Shown: one piece after another, positions 11,598 to 24,175 of the stretch
How the letters are laid out: every line of letters starts with the position of its first letter
Position numbering within the stretch: position 1 is the first letter of the stretch
NCBI GenBank assembly: GCA_038087875.1
Contig: CM075998.1
Coordinates: 1,426,001-1,490,000 of the forward strand
Origin: Malacoraja senta
Lineage: Eukaryota
Length of the DNA: 64,000 nt
Direction of reading: 5' to 3'
The notes under the pieces: generated by a model
Told to the model about the DNA's origin: nothing
Seen by the model: only the letters and a program-made list of their open reading frames with translations
Database searches by the model: none
Program-made: the position numbers and the translations under genes

Positions 11598-12105
11598 TGC
11601 TTTAGCTGTCTTAATTACAGCGTAAGGTAAGTCTTTTAAAAGAGGGGGGGAGAAGGAGTGGAGACAACTTTTAAGAAGCCAGAGATACATGGCTGTGAAG
11701 CTCGGCGGACATTTAACATTACCGGTCGGTTATCCATGGTTCTGAAAACTACTGCTTACTTTTTTTTCCCAACGAGCCAATGAAATTCACCGGTCAGCGC
11801 CGGCTATAACCTACAAGAACCTTCGACCTCCTGGCAACCCACTAGGACCTCCTGGCAACCCACCTACGGCACGAGAATTCTCACTACTCTCCATGATGGC
11901 TTCATTCTGGTCGCCGCTAATCTTTCAAAATTTTGAAAATTTCGCGGCGACCATAATGAGGCCGCGAATAGTTCCCAGAATGCGGGAACTCCTCACGACC
12001 ATGAACGCGACTACCCGGCAACCACCCGCGAACTTGTGGCGATCATGTGGTGACCGCATAGTCTCCTGCAGTCGCCTAAAAAGTCGCCTAAGTGGGGCAG
12101 GCCCA
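11598..12105. mobile_element. One-ended, longer relative of the 8081-8326 MITE
   Basis: Ends in GTCGCCTAAGTGGGGCAGGCCCA-TAA, similar to the MITE right TIR; CpG-rich; internal 18-bp direct repeat GACCTCCTGGCAACCCAC (11825, 11846); left TIR not found. Confidence 0.65.
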
Positions 12106-14389
12106 TAACTATATCTGTGTGTGACCATGATGCTACAACAAAGAATGGAGCAAAGTGCAGCAATCCCTTTTGCGTTTTGACCTTGATGGTGCTGTCCTGA
12201 TGCAAAATGTCAGAAGGTGTAGTATCTGAGTGATTTTACAGCAAAGATTAAGGAATTTGTATTCTTGCATTGTATGTGTGAATAAATGTATGAAACTTAA
12301 CATTTTGGCCCTTAACTAAATCCTGAGTTTTTGAATTTCTGTATCTTGGTTTTTGTATATTCTTGACAAAAACGGTCCAAGTGACAAACTAGCTAATATT
12401 TTTAGGTTGCCAATCCCCTGCAGCAAATAAGTACTGCATAGCATAGGTATTGATGTCTATATTTATTCATCCTTTGGCTTTCAGCCCAGTGTTTTGGAAC
12501 ACATCAGTTCATTGAAGCTACTTTGCCACTCAGATCGATAATGACTGCACTGTGGATCATTGGATTTTAACACAACATTGTTGGTTAAAACTTTTAACTT
12601 TTGTTCGATCCATGAAGCTTATCTTTAAGGCAAACATTTGGTCAACTTTATTTCTCTCCTGAGGTGTGCAACTGCAGTTCAGTCATCTGAGGTAATCTTG
12701 TAAGCAACTGTGACCTTATGACATTTGTGGATTTGCATCGGGAGTAAATATTTGTATAATTGGAAGATTTTGAGATAACCATAGAATTGAATAAGTGCCA
12801 TGACCTGAAGTTTCTAGTTGATTGCACTGATTTATTTGTTGTATTCATCCAACAGCAGGACAAGAGGATGTTAAATTCTCCAGGCAAATCTAGTTTCATG
12901 AAATCTAGTTTCCATGATCTTTTGTGCTAGAATTTTAAAGAAATGTGCTAGAAATTAACAACATCCACAAAACTGGCCATTTTCCCAGATAATATTGGGC
13001 ACTGTGCGATTTGCTAATGTGTTTATTTTCGAGCCTTCAAGTAAGCTCTTTTCAAAATAAAATGAACAGGTGCAAAGACACTAAATGGATTTAGATATTT
13101 TAAATTGATTTTTAAAAAAAACTTAAATGAGACAAAATAACAAACCTCTGGTTTTAAAAAAACGGCATAAAGTGTTGGAGTAACTCAGCAGGTCAGGCTG
13201 CATCTCTGGAGAACATGGATGGGTGACGTTTCGGGTCGGATTGGGACCCTTTCAAACCATCTGTGGTTTTAGTTCAGTAATTTTAAAGTCTGGTTATTCT
13301 CAGATTCGGGACATTGACTAAAAATACTATTGATTTGCACATCGTACCATCTAATAATTATTACTTCAAATTTGTTACATCATGATGTTGGAGGCCCTCT
13401 GGCCTTTAAGTCTATGCCAGCTCTCAGTACAATCCATTTCTTCCACTTATTTCCTTGTAACTTGTTCTCTGTGCCCATTAACACCCCCTGATTTTCCTCC
13501 TGTCCACCCACACAAGGGATAATTTACAGTGGCCAATTAACCTGATAATTAGCAAATCTGGGACGTGGGAGGAAACACTCATAGGAAAGCTACACGGCCA
13601 CAGGAAGAATGTGCAGATTCCAGGCAGGCACTACCAGAGGTCAGAAGCCAGGTCATTCGAGCTGTGAATGATGACTCTATCTGCAGTGCCACCGAACCAC
13701 CTCATTTAAGTAAAAAATTAAAGAAAAAGCCATTCAATTGTATTAGGTTATGACGGATAGAACATAATACAGAACAGCATAGGAATGGGTCCTTTGCCCC
13801 AAAATGTCTGTGCCAAGCATGATGCTGAGATCAATTAATCTGTACTGTGCTCCCTGTAATTAACTATGAAGCAAAACTAGATTGTGTGTAGCATGCAGTG
13901 ACATAGTGGGATTAAGAAGATTCATCAAAGCAGACACAGTTTGCCCCTGGTTCTACAATTATTTCCAAAGGAAAATCCATATGCGTTTGTGGGAGAAAAA
14001 CATTGCAGTTCTTTGGTTTAGTGATGCATTGAAACAGGCTTTTAGTGTGAAACAATCTTTTGGATTGGCTCAATTATTTTGTACACTGTCTAAATACGAA
14101 TGCCATGGGTTCAAGCCTCGCATGCGGATATGATCTGAGATGGTTTTGTAGTAGAGTAGTGAGGGAATACAAAGTTATTGGGGAGGGTGTCATTGTTGTG
14201 ACCCTTTCAAGTTATTCACTTGCTCCTGTTCCTGATACGCAAATCGAGGTATTACTGAACCTCGAATCGAGGTATTACATGTACCCAAGGGCAAAATCCA
14301 AAGTACAAGAAATTCAACTTTGAAAGGAGCTAATTAGTGTTTATCATATTTCTCATTGTCTTGCAACATACTCGGTGATATGTTTCGTT

Positions 14390-14648
14390 TAGAGGTATTG
14401 CATGGAAACAGGCCCTTTGGCCCACCAAGTTGACACTGACCATTGATAACCCGTTCACTAGTTCTATGTCCTACACATTAGGGGCAATTTACAGAAGTCA
14501 ATGAACCTACAGACCCGCATGTCTTTGGAGCATGGGAGGAAACTGGAGCACCCGGAGAAAACTTGTGCGGTCACAGGGAGAACATGCAAACTCCATCCCG
14601 TCAGGATCAAACCTCTGGTGCAACTCTACCGCTGCATCACTGTGCTGA
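14390..14648 (-). mobile_element. HE1-like V-SINE
   Basis: Same consensus, reverse strand. Confidence 0.8.
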
Positions 14649-14924
14649 GGTGTATAGCCTTCTATGCTAGTTCTCAGAACATAGCCATCAGTCCCATTTC
14701 CACCCCATCACCTATTCTCTTCCATGCTCCTCAACTCCAATACTCCTATCACCACCTACAATAAAGGGAACAGAGCAATCAATTAACCTATCAGTCAATG
14801 AGTCTAATGGGATGTGCAAGGGAATTGGAGCACCTGGGAGAAATCCTCCGGTCACAGGGAGAATGTGCAAACTCCAAACAGACAGCACCGTGGGTCTGGA
14901 TTGAATTTGGGTCTCTAGAGCTCT

Positions 14925-15065
14925 TCTTCTTCTTCTTCTTGCGTATGGCGTGCACAGCCTAAAGTTATAGGTCAACTTGTTCTATTTGATCTTGTTTGTG
15001 CACATCGGGTTGATTGGATTAGTCAAAACAGGGTGGACCATGTGAAGGTTGCAATCTCCCACCCC
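14925..15065 (-). mobile_element. ~140-bp ribozyme-headed SINE-like retroelement, copy 1, nested in an older HE1-type SINE
   Basis: TSD TCTAGAGCTCT at 14914-14924 and 15066-15076; (AAG)n tail; same 5' end as the copy at 16904-17041. Confidence 0.9.
15012..15065 (-). ncRNA. Predicted minimal HDV-like ribozyme, second and more decayed copy
   Basis: GGGGUGG GA GAUUGCA ACC UUCACAU GGU CCACCCU GU UUUGA CUAA UCCAAUC; fully paired P1 with G1-U wobble, one P2 mismatch. Confidence 0.7.
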
Positions 15066-16094
15066 TCTAGAGCTCTGTGGTAGAGGCTCTCAGCCTGCAG
15101 ATGCATTTGCACTTAAATGTGGATCCTTCTTCAAACCTGGACTTAAAGTGCAATAAAGGCCATGCAAATTCTGGCGAATGATGCACAAAACTTGCCCTGT
15201 GGGCCACGTGGGGAATGAATTGCAGGTCAGAAGGTAAAGGGAAGACCTAATAGAATGAGTGAGCTTACCAACAATTAATGAGAAGAATTGTCAATTGACA
15301 GACTGCCCAGCCTGCTGAATAGCACGGTCATAATTCTCAAATCTTGTTCAGACAGTTGCATCTTACAAGGATTAACTCGACAGATTTTAGTTTTGAAAGC
15401 TAAAATACCAATATGTCCTCTTCCCATCCTGGAACCATCTATCACAGCCCTGCAGGCATTAGCTAAATCAGCACAAACCAGAGATCAAACGCTGCGGCAT
15501 TCTGTTTGCAATGATAATGCATTGCAAGATACAGCCGGTAGAGAAATTCATGTTGAAGCTTGTCACACTGTTAATCAGCTGACAAATTAGTCAAGAAATC
15601 TTGCCACTGAAGCGTGAATCTTCAAGGGAAGAATATCAAGATGCAAAAAAAATCTCTGCAGGTGTACTGCCTTTTGACTTATCAGCTACTTCATGACCAA
15701 GATTTTTTTGGGGGAGGATTGCGTTTTTAGACGGTGCTTATTTCAAATGTGCAATTTAAGTGTTTGATGTCTTTGTCCTTGTTTAGTTTCTTGTGGGCAA
15801 TTTCCGTTCAAGCAAGCTTGGTTTAGTTTTATACAACATTTACTTAGTAATTCCTAACTGACGGAGCAGATTTTTTCCCTGCCACGGGTTTGCCAGCTCG
15901 TCTTTGAGAAGCCTGCACTATGTAGATCAGCTATAAAAGTTGTTGCTGTACTTTATTGCTTATGTGTGGTTTTGATATTTGCACACAGTTTAAAACAAAA
16001 CACTGATACTCTCTTTAGGACTGAATCAAGAATTAAAAAGAAAATAGTGTGCACACTCTCACACGTGTGCAGTGTAATATCAGGCATGTAACAA

Positions 16095-16352
16095 GGCAGA
16101 AGATATTGATATACAGAGGGATCTTGGGGTCCAAATCCATAACTCCCTGAAAGTGGTAACTTGTGTAGATAGAGTGGTAAAGAAGGCATAGTATGCTTGC
16201 TTTCATGGGTTTGGACATTGAATACAAGAGTCAGGAAGTCATGATGAAGCTGTATAGGACTTTGGTTAGGCTGTACTTGGAATATTGCGTGCAATTCTGG
16301 TCGCCCCATCACAGGAAGAATGCGGAGACTTTGGTAAGGGTGCAGAGGAGGT
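16095..16352 (+). mobile_element. CR1-clade LINE internal fragment
   Basis: MLAFMGLDIEYKSQEVMMKLYRTLVRLYLEYCVQFWSPHHRK...RVQRRF, homologous to the C-part of ORF 59920-61617. Confidence 0.85.
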
Positions 16353-16903
16353 TTTTTGCTTTCTACAAATACCAAAAAGTGTTAAACTTAATTGCTAATC
16401 TCGTTAACTTTTCTGGAGATCTCTGAATTACTGTGTGACAGGTGTTTTCCGACACACACGCACACACAGACACAGGCACACATCCTTGATACTTTGAATT
16501 TAGTATGGGATCATGATCACTGTTTATTCCAAACTCTCTCAAACCCAGTCAGGATTGTACATATTCCTTTTATTGATAGTCTTGAAGTCAGTGAGGAGAT
16601 TTATATCTTATGGGCTTGAGCTGGAATGAAATCTGGTTCTTGGGTAAAAAGGCAGTTATTAAGCACTGGGTCCTCGTGGATAGATAAAAACAATCTGTAG
16701 GCAAATTCTTGCAAAGGCAGGGAACGTGTGTTTTTTAAAAGTGAAATGCAATAGTAAAACAACTGCTAGAATCGTACAGCTAGGTGTGTTATAAAATGGC
16801 CATGAGTGTTTCAAAGTTGACTTCAAGAAGTTGTTGTCTGCCTATTAATCTTCATAAACATTGTGATGCATCAGTTTTCAAATGTCACTAAGCCTGACCC
16901 ATT

Positions 16904-17041
16904 CTTCTTCTTGCGTATGGCATGCACAGCCTAAAGTTGAAGGCCAACTTGTTCTATTTGATCTTATTTGATTGTGCACACCAGGTTGATTGCATTCGTC
17001 GAAACATGGCGGACCACGTGAAGGTTGCAATCTCCCACCCC
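16904..17041 (-). mobile_element. ~140-bp ribozyme-headed SINE-like retroelement, copy 2
   Basis: TSD CCTGACCCATT at 16893-16903 and 17042-17052; (AAG)n tail; colinear with copy 1. Confidence 0.9.
16988..17041 (-). ncRNA. Predicted minimal HDV-like (CPEB3-like) self-cleaving ribozyme
   Basis: GGGGUGG GA GAUUGCA ACC UUCACGU GGU CCGCCAU GU UUCGA CGAA UGCAAUC = P1, J1/2, P2, P3, L3, P3', P1', GU, mini-P4, J4/2, P2'. Confidence 0.8.
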
Positions 17042-17290
17042 CCTGACCCATTGATTGTGGCATAGCATATGGCCTGCTTTACTGATATTTAACTTCTTTT
17101 ATGGACAAGATTTTAATCTATTGTATCCACCATTCCATTTGAATTTCTCGAGGAAGAGCTTGGGAGCTTAGAGTAATTTGTACCAGTGCTTTATGCTGGA
17201 AGATATGTCGTAGATAGTTGTTGCATCAAGTGGTACACACAATACTATCTGTAACGTTGAGACTTATGCAATGATTTCTATTTCCAGCAG

Positions 17291-17372
17291 AGGCACGATG
17301 AAGAGGCTGTGGTTGACCAAGGTGGAACAAGTTCAGTTCTCAACATTCACTATGAAAAAGAAGAGCTAGAAG
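17291..17372 (+). CDS. slc4a8: slc4a8 exon 2 (RHDEEAVVDQGGTSSVLNIHYEKEELE-G)
   Basis: Acceptor tttccagcag|, donor G|GTATAT, 82 nt, phase 0 to 1. Confidence 0.95.
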
Positions 17373-17507
17373 GTATATTTGTGCATGCATTAGTTTTACA
17401 ACTTTCTGATGAACATGTTTGAAATGTTTCCTAATTGCATGTCAAACCTGTCAATCACTTATTGTGGATCAGAAGGCATTCAATTCCATTGGCATATCAA
17501 TATAAGC

Positions 17508-17802
17508 TTAGAGAGACAGGATGGAAACGGGCCCTTCGGCCCACCAAATCCATGCTGACCAGTGATCACACGTCCACTAGTTCTATCTTATCCCACCTTC
17601 ACATCCTACCTACACGCTAGGGGTAATTTACAGAAGCCTACCAATTAACCTACAAACCTGCACGTCTTTGGAATGTGGGAGAAAACCGGAGCACCCGGAG
17701 GAAACATACACGGTCACAGGGAGAACGTACAAACTCCGCACAAACAAGCATCCATAGTCAGGATCGAACCTGGGTCTCGACTGTTGTGCCACTGTGCCGC
17801 CC
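17508..17802 (-). mobile_element. HE1-like V-SINE
   Basis: ggaaacgggcccttcggccc...caggatcgaacctgggtctc...ccactgtgccgccc. Confidence 0.85.
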
Positions 17803-18852
17803 ATACTTCTGCCATCTGCATCTAAGCTGTTGTATAAACCTGTTTTTATTATATATTTTGCCATTTGCTTCAATGGCTAAGAAACATTTTGGCAATTTTG
17901 GGTTATGAAGGATGCTTTAAGTACGAGAGCTGTTCAACTTGCATGTGTCTTGACCGTGTCCACAGTGTAAATGTAAGTGACACCATAAGAGTAGTTCCCA
18001 TTCCTGAATGTTCGTTGACTGTGCTACAGTGGTACTGCTTATTGTGGCCTCTGGCCTGTTGCTCTTAACATTGGGCTTTAAAGATGCCTACAATTTCCAT
18101 TTGATGTCCAAAGGACACTGTTGACTGCTGATTTTTATAAAATCCCACCCACAAAGATTAAATGGCATGAATTCCTCCTTTACTGTTATGATTCACAATC
18201 AGATGCCATCTGTAAAGTTTCTATATTGTCCTGCAATGGAAACGTTTCAAACTGGCTGAACTGGCCATTAAAATTGATGAATTTTCAAACCTCAGACCAG
18301 GAAGTAAAAGTCACTAAATGTCACCTTCTCAGTATTTAACAGAAATACTGTATTAGGAAAGACACATTGGGTTAAAGTAGGACCTGAAATCTCAAACTTT
18401 GATTTTCTTTTGGAGTCCATGAAATTAGCACCTATTGTTCCATAGGAATAACAATGAACACACAATTTGTTACATCCAAAGTTTGAGAAATTGTTCAGCA
18501 ACAATTGAGTTTGTGAGCTAAGACAGCTACATCTCATTTAGCAGGCCATTTTACATTTTAATTTGTTTTTGCATCTAGAATAATGCACGTTGAAATCCTT
18601 GTCAAGTCACTGATTCTGTGTGTTTGCACCCACGAAGATGCGGAGGAGCAGGGAGCTGTGACCAACTCCTGGATTTCTGTTTTTGAACTGCGTAGGTGCG
18701 GGATGGCAGAAGTTGCTGTCAGTGACTATGAATGCTGATAGTTATGCTTGTAATTTCTCTGTAATTGCAACTGCAAGTTCCAGGCAATTATTACTGAAGT
18801 CAAAATAAAGTCGTCCGACTTGCGATGTGAATATTTCCAACATCTAGAATCA

Positions 18853-18984
18853 GTGTAGGAAGGAACTGCAGATGCTGGTTTAAACTGAAGAAAGACACAA
18901 AATGCTGGAGTAACTCAGCGGGACAGGCTGCATCCCTGGATAGAAGGAATGGGTATCGTTTTGGGTCGTGACCCTTCTTCAGAC
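18853..18984 (-). mobile_element. Same short repeat family
   Basis: gtgtaggaaggaactgcagatgctgg...gggtcgtgacccttcttcagac. Confidence 0.75.
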
Positions 18985-21900
18985 CTGCTTTACATAAATT
19001 GACCAAAAGAAATGGTAGGATGGCAATACTTCCAATGAAAAAAAATGAAATTGCAACATGACAAGTTTACATGGGCAGTTTCCATTCAAAAGTGTGGCTT
19101 TGGTATGTGGAAGGAAGTGCTCAGTGATGTTGGGTTTATGATTTTTGATTTGTTCAAGGTGTACAAACCTGCACATCTTTGGAGTATGGGAGGAAACCGG
19201 AGCTCCCGGAGAAAACCCACGCGGTCACAGTGGGAGAACGTACAAACTCCATACACACAAAGCACCTGTAGTCGGGATTGACCCTGGGTCTCTGGTATTG
19301 TAACGCAGCAACTCTACCCTTCTTCTCCAGGTCTTCAAACTGAAGCATCAGCTCTGCTTCTTTTGCAACAGATGCTGCCTAACCTGATTTGGTTCCAGCA
19401 CTTTTTGGTTTTTATTTTCAACTTCCAGTATCTGATTTATTTTTAAATTGTAACTGCTCTTTGTTAATGTGTGAACAAAATGCTAATGTATCCAGAAAAC
19501 AATCTATGTTCTGGACAGTGGGCGGAGGACACTTATGAAATCGGGAAATTATGTTCCATCGCTTTTTTGGAAAACAAGCCATCACAACTCATCAAGTCTA
19601 ATTGATCTTTTGTGCCAGATGTATGACTAATGCACTGCACTGGAGCTATTTTTAGTCTCCACAATAGCTTCCTATTCTTGTCCCTGGGTGCTAACCAGAA
19701 CAGGTTGCCTATCTTGCAGTTCATGCAATGCTATCTAGATTTGCAATAAAGAACCAGGACAAGTCATTTTAACACCAAGTGTGGTCACTTTGTGATCATT
19801 ACTTGTAAATGTTAGTTTGAGAGATGCTTCCTTTGTTAGTAAATGAAGTGTGCTAAGAATGTGGATGCCAGCACCTGTTCTAATGATGTTAAGCATTGAA
19901 TGCCTTCAGTACTGCTGCTTGGAGCAATATTTCATGAGATTCAGTAATGTTTAAACACTCACATCCTGGCCACTTGGAATATCTGTATACAAATGGCAGT
20001 AGGAAATCATTGGTACAAGTGTAGGGAAAAGCTATTCCAATAAAGTTTTTCAATTTTCCTTTCTCTTAATTTGCTTTCCTCTTCCTTCCCTCTTGTTTTT
20101 GCCCATCACTTCCTTCCCTTTCCTGTGCCTGGCAGCTGGGATATAGTTGAATGTGGAATTAAATGGCCAATAATTTGATTTGTACATGAAGAATGGCTAC
20201 TGGGGAAATGTATTCAAAGGGAACTGGACCTCAACAACAAGGGGAAAGAAGGAAAAATGACTGATGGTAACATGTGAAACTTTGTTTTTCTGAGCAGTAG
20301 CATGCCCTTTCCTTTTGGCTGATGATACAATGGTTTTTCAAAAGATGATATGATGCCAGAGATGGGTAGCTTTTAGATCTGCTGTCTAGTTATAAGCTGA
20401 CATTACAGAACAGACGTGAAATGAACACCAAGCTGCAGATTTTAGTTGACCATCTGAGTTGTGAGATAAATTAATATTGTTGCCATAATCATACTAGGTG
20501 TAGACTGAGTTTTCATTTTGTTTCAGCAATATTATGGAAAATAAATCTTGAATAGTTTGCTTTTTTTTTGGCAATGTTATTACAAATGCAAAATGGATGC
20601 TGGAATTCCAAAATTGCTGTTATAATTTTTTTTTTTAATACTGGAATTGCTCAGCAGGTTAGGCAGCATCTGTGGAGAGAGACAGTGTTTCAGGTTGAAG
20701 ACCATCAAAAATGCTGGAAGAGTTCAGGAGGTCAAGCTTAATTAGTCACAAGGAATACATTTTGAGAGCAAGGGATTTTTGTATTGATGGAGCTGAAAAT
20801 AAAATTGGAAGGATAGAATCAGAGTTGCAGGTAGGATTGGTATATAGATGGGGGGTGATGTATTCTAAAGGAACCGATAGAGGAAATAAAATAAGATGCC
20901 ATGGTACTTGGGGGAAACTGTGGAGTGCTTTTTGTTTGAGAGATTGACAATGGTATTATTCATTTATTTGTAATTTTAATTGTGGGTCTTCCTGCCCCCA
21001 TCCTTGGGTTGAGTTACTGACCTCTTGTCCTCAACAGTACAGCTGGTACATGTTTGTCATGCATCCTTTCAACGTGCGAGAGAAAGTGGGGGAGGTGATG
21101 GACAGAGTGAGATATATATATATATAAGATTACAAAGTGCACTATATGTTTTACTGTGATTATAATTATTAACAGACAAAACAAAACAGATGTCCACCTT
21201 TTAGGAGAGCATTTGATGCCCACACTTAATTTGTCACCTGCTCAATTAAGCTGCGTGTGGATTAACAAAGTGGAGTTTTGATTCCCACTGCTGAAAGTTC
21301 CTTTTAAATATACAGAGCTCTTACTGTGAGTTCTGATAATCCATTGTGTACTTAAACTCGCCATTCCCCAAAATGTACTGGGAATGGTCTGCCTATGACC
21401 AGTCATAAAAGCTAAATGTTCCTTCAAATAGCAAAGAGCCCTAGACTGGTCTTAACGATATTAAGTAAATACATGTATTGTATATATATTTATTACCTGA
21501 ATAAAGTCTATTTTGAAATAAAATAAAAAATAAGTAAATCTTCTTCATCTAGCACATAGTATGATTACCTGGACGTGGAGGCTGGTGGGGTGAAAGCCAC
21601 GATGGTGTATTGAATGAATGTAAAATCTGTAGAAGTTAAAGCCCTTGGAATAAAATTACAGGTATTCCTTGCAAAAATAAAAATGGCAAGTGATTAAAAG
21701 GGAATTTAAAAAAAAGGAAATGGCAAGTACTAGATCTGTGAAGTAGGAGCAGTAAATTGTGGCAATACACATTGTACCTAAAAGGGAGAAAGATGCTTCA
21801 GACATTTTCTTTATATTTGGTGAAAAGGCTTTGGGGTATCAGAAGGTGAGTCGGTTGCCATGGGATACCAGGCCATTGACCGGCTCCATAGCCACAGTAA

Positions 21901-24175
21901 TTATGTGGCTAGTGCACGTGTTTATATTGATGGTGATCTCCAGGATGTTCGTGGTGGGAATTTGGTGATGCCAAGGGTGAATAGTTAAATTCTCCCTCTT
22001 GTTGGAGATGCCCATTGCCTTTTGTGGTATAAATGTCATCTGCCATCTATCAACCCACATGTCACCAATTTAAACGGCTCCCAGATGTTTTTGAAAGAAT
22101 TTGTCAAATCGCCTGCGGTGGGAACAACTTGGCCATGTCTGAATTGGTGCGTTGGTCTATTGCAGGCAGTCGGTTTGATTTTATTCTTCCTGAGAGTAGT
22201 TGTAATGATACAGCTGCTTGGCCATTTAAACCTTTGAATTGATGAGGTAAGTATAAATCTGAAGTTGTATGTTGGCTACACTGGGTCAGGATGGCAGATT
22301 TCCTCATTGAAGGACAGCTGGGCTTTTAATGACAGTCCTACTCATGCATGACTTGGTTTTTCCAAATTAATTTTTAATTCTACACCTGGGACCTAATCTT
22401 GGGTCTCTGGATTATGAATGACTTAATTGGTGTGCTGCCACTATCATATCCCAAATACTGCCTTTAAAACCTTCTTCAGGATTAGACATTGTCTCAGAGT
22501 AGGAATAAATACAATGAAACTTAGTGGAAGAAAACAGAACATGTTAAAAGTATTTAGATTCTTGAACGCTTCAGTGGAATGTCAAAGCATGTTTGTTGGA
22601 TGCTATATTTTAAATCCTCTATTATAGAATGGAAACCTAGTGAACGAAAGAAAGGACTTGAACATGGACAAAGACAAATATCTGGAATAGAAAGCCAGAG
22701 TGCAAGTACATAAAATACAGACTGAAACACAAAATGTTGGCCCATATTTCTGACCATGCCTGCACATGGAAGCCTCATCTTGTCGGAAAAGTGCTCTGAC
22801 AAAATATCAATACATTTCTTCACCAGAAGCCAGAGCTGGCTGACAGATTAATTGATATTTTGAGGCAACACTGAAGGGCAGATTAAAATGTATTTTGTTG
22901 GATCAAAAACTAATCATGACTTGGTCTGCTTGTATCATTGGTTCATTTTAGAATTTTCATAATTCAAAAGTCATTTGGAGTGCTATTCTGCAGCTTGATT
23001 AGTATGTGTCAATCCAAAACTGCTTTTTTTTCAAAGAACCAAAATTGTACCCTGGGGATATATCTAACCCTCACCACCTCACCAAGTTTGTTCTCCCACA
23101 GCCACACTGTGTACCCTGTGTGTTTGGGGGAGGAGGGGTGGGGAGGAGTCAGAGGAGTTTAATGATAACAAGAACTAAATGTGGGCCCTGTGGAGACAAT
23201 GGCAGACAAAGTTATAATGTGAAATAAAGAATTGAAGGATTGAACAAGTATTGTTCTATCTTGCCATTTATTGCCAGGCTGTTGGAGTACTCGAGTGCTG
23301 AATCTTTAGTGAAATTCTGTTTGCAATGGTGTTTGCAGTGTTGATCTCAGTACTGAGAGCACATATTTGCCTTGGGATTTGTATGACATAGGTTTGTGAG
23401 ATTAATTTCTTAAATGTGAGGTTTGGCTTGAAAGACTTTCCCTATGGAGGGAGTATAAAATTGGCCACATGGAAGAATGAATTATGATCTCATTGAAACA
23501 CAGATTCTAAGAGGAATTGACAGGGTAGATACTGTGTACAATGGAATTGCAGATGCTGGTATATACTGAAGAAAGGCACAACGTGCTGGAGTAACTCAGC
23601 GAGACAGGCATACAGTTTTGTTTAATTAGAATTTAGAACCAGGGACCAAATATCAGTAAGTTGCTGATTATTTAAGAATGATTAGAGAATAAATTTATCC
23701 AGGGGATTGCAAGTCTTTAGAATATCTTGGCACTGTGGATGCAAAGACATTGAGACTATTTATGGCTGAGATCGATTGATTTTTGGACAATAAGAGAATC
23801 TGTTCCAAGATGGTGGGAACTGGAGTTGAGGTAGAGGGTCCATCTTGTAAAATAACACAGTAAGCTCGTAGGGTCAACCACTATTTCCTGTGCTTTTGTT
23901 CTTACACCAAACCTGGGGCTTTACTGTAAATGAGCATCTTCCTGTCCACTGGGTATATCCTAGCTTCTGACTAGTCCCATTGCTAATGGTTGCTATCTTG
24001 TTTTTGATTAAACTATTTTTAAACAAAAAAAAATGCACATGACATATATTGTAATGATTATTATAGATAATTATGGGAAATTAAGGTGTTTCACTTGTCC
24101 AGAACACCATCAGAACGATGTCACGGTTTTGAAATAACAGAGTAAGCATGTTAAAGGAGCACAGTCTTCACTGTA

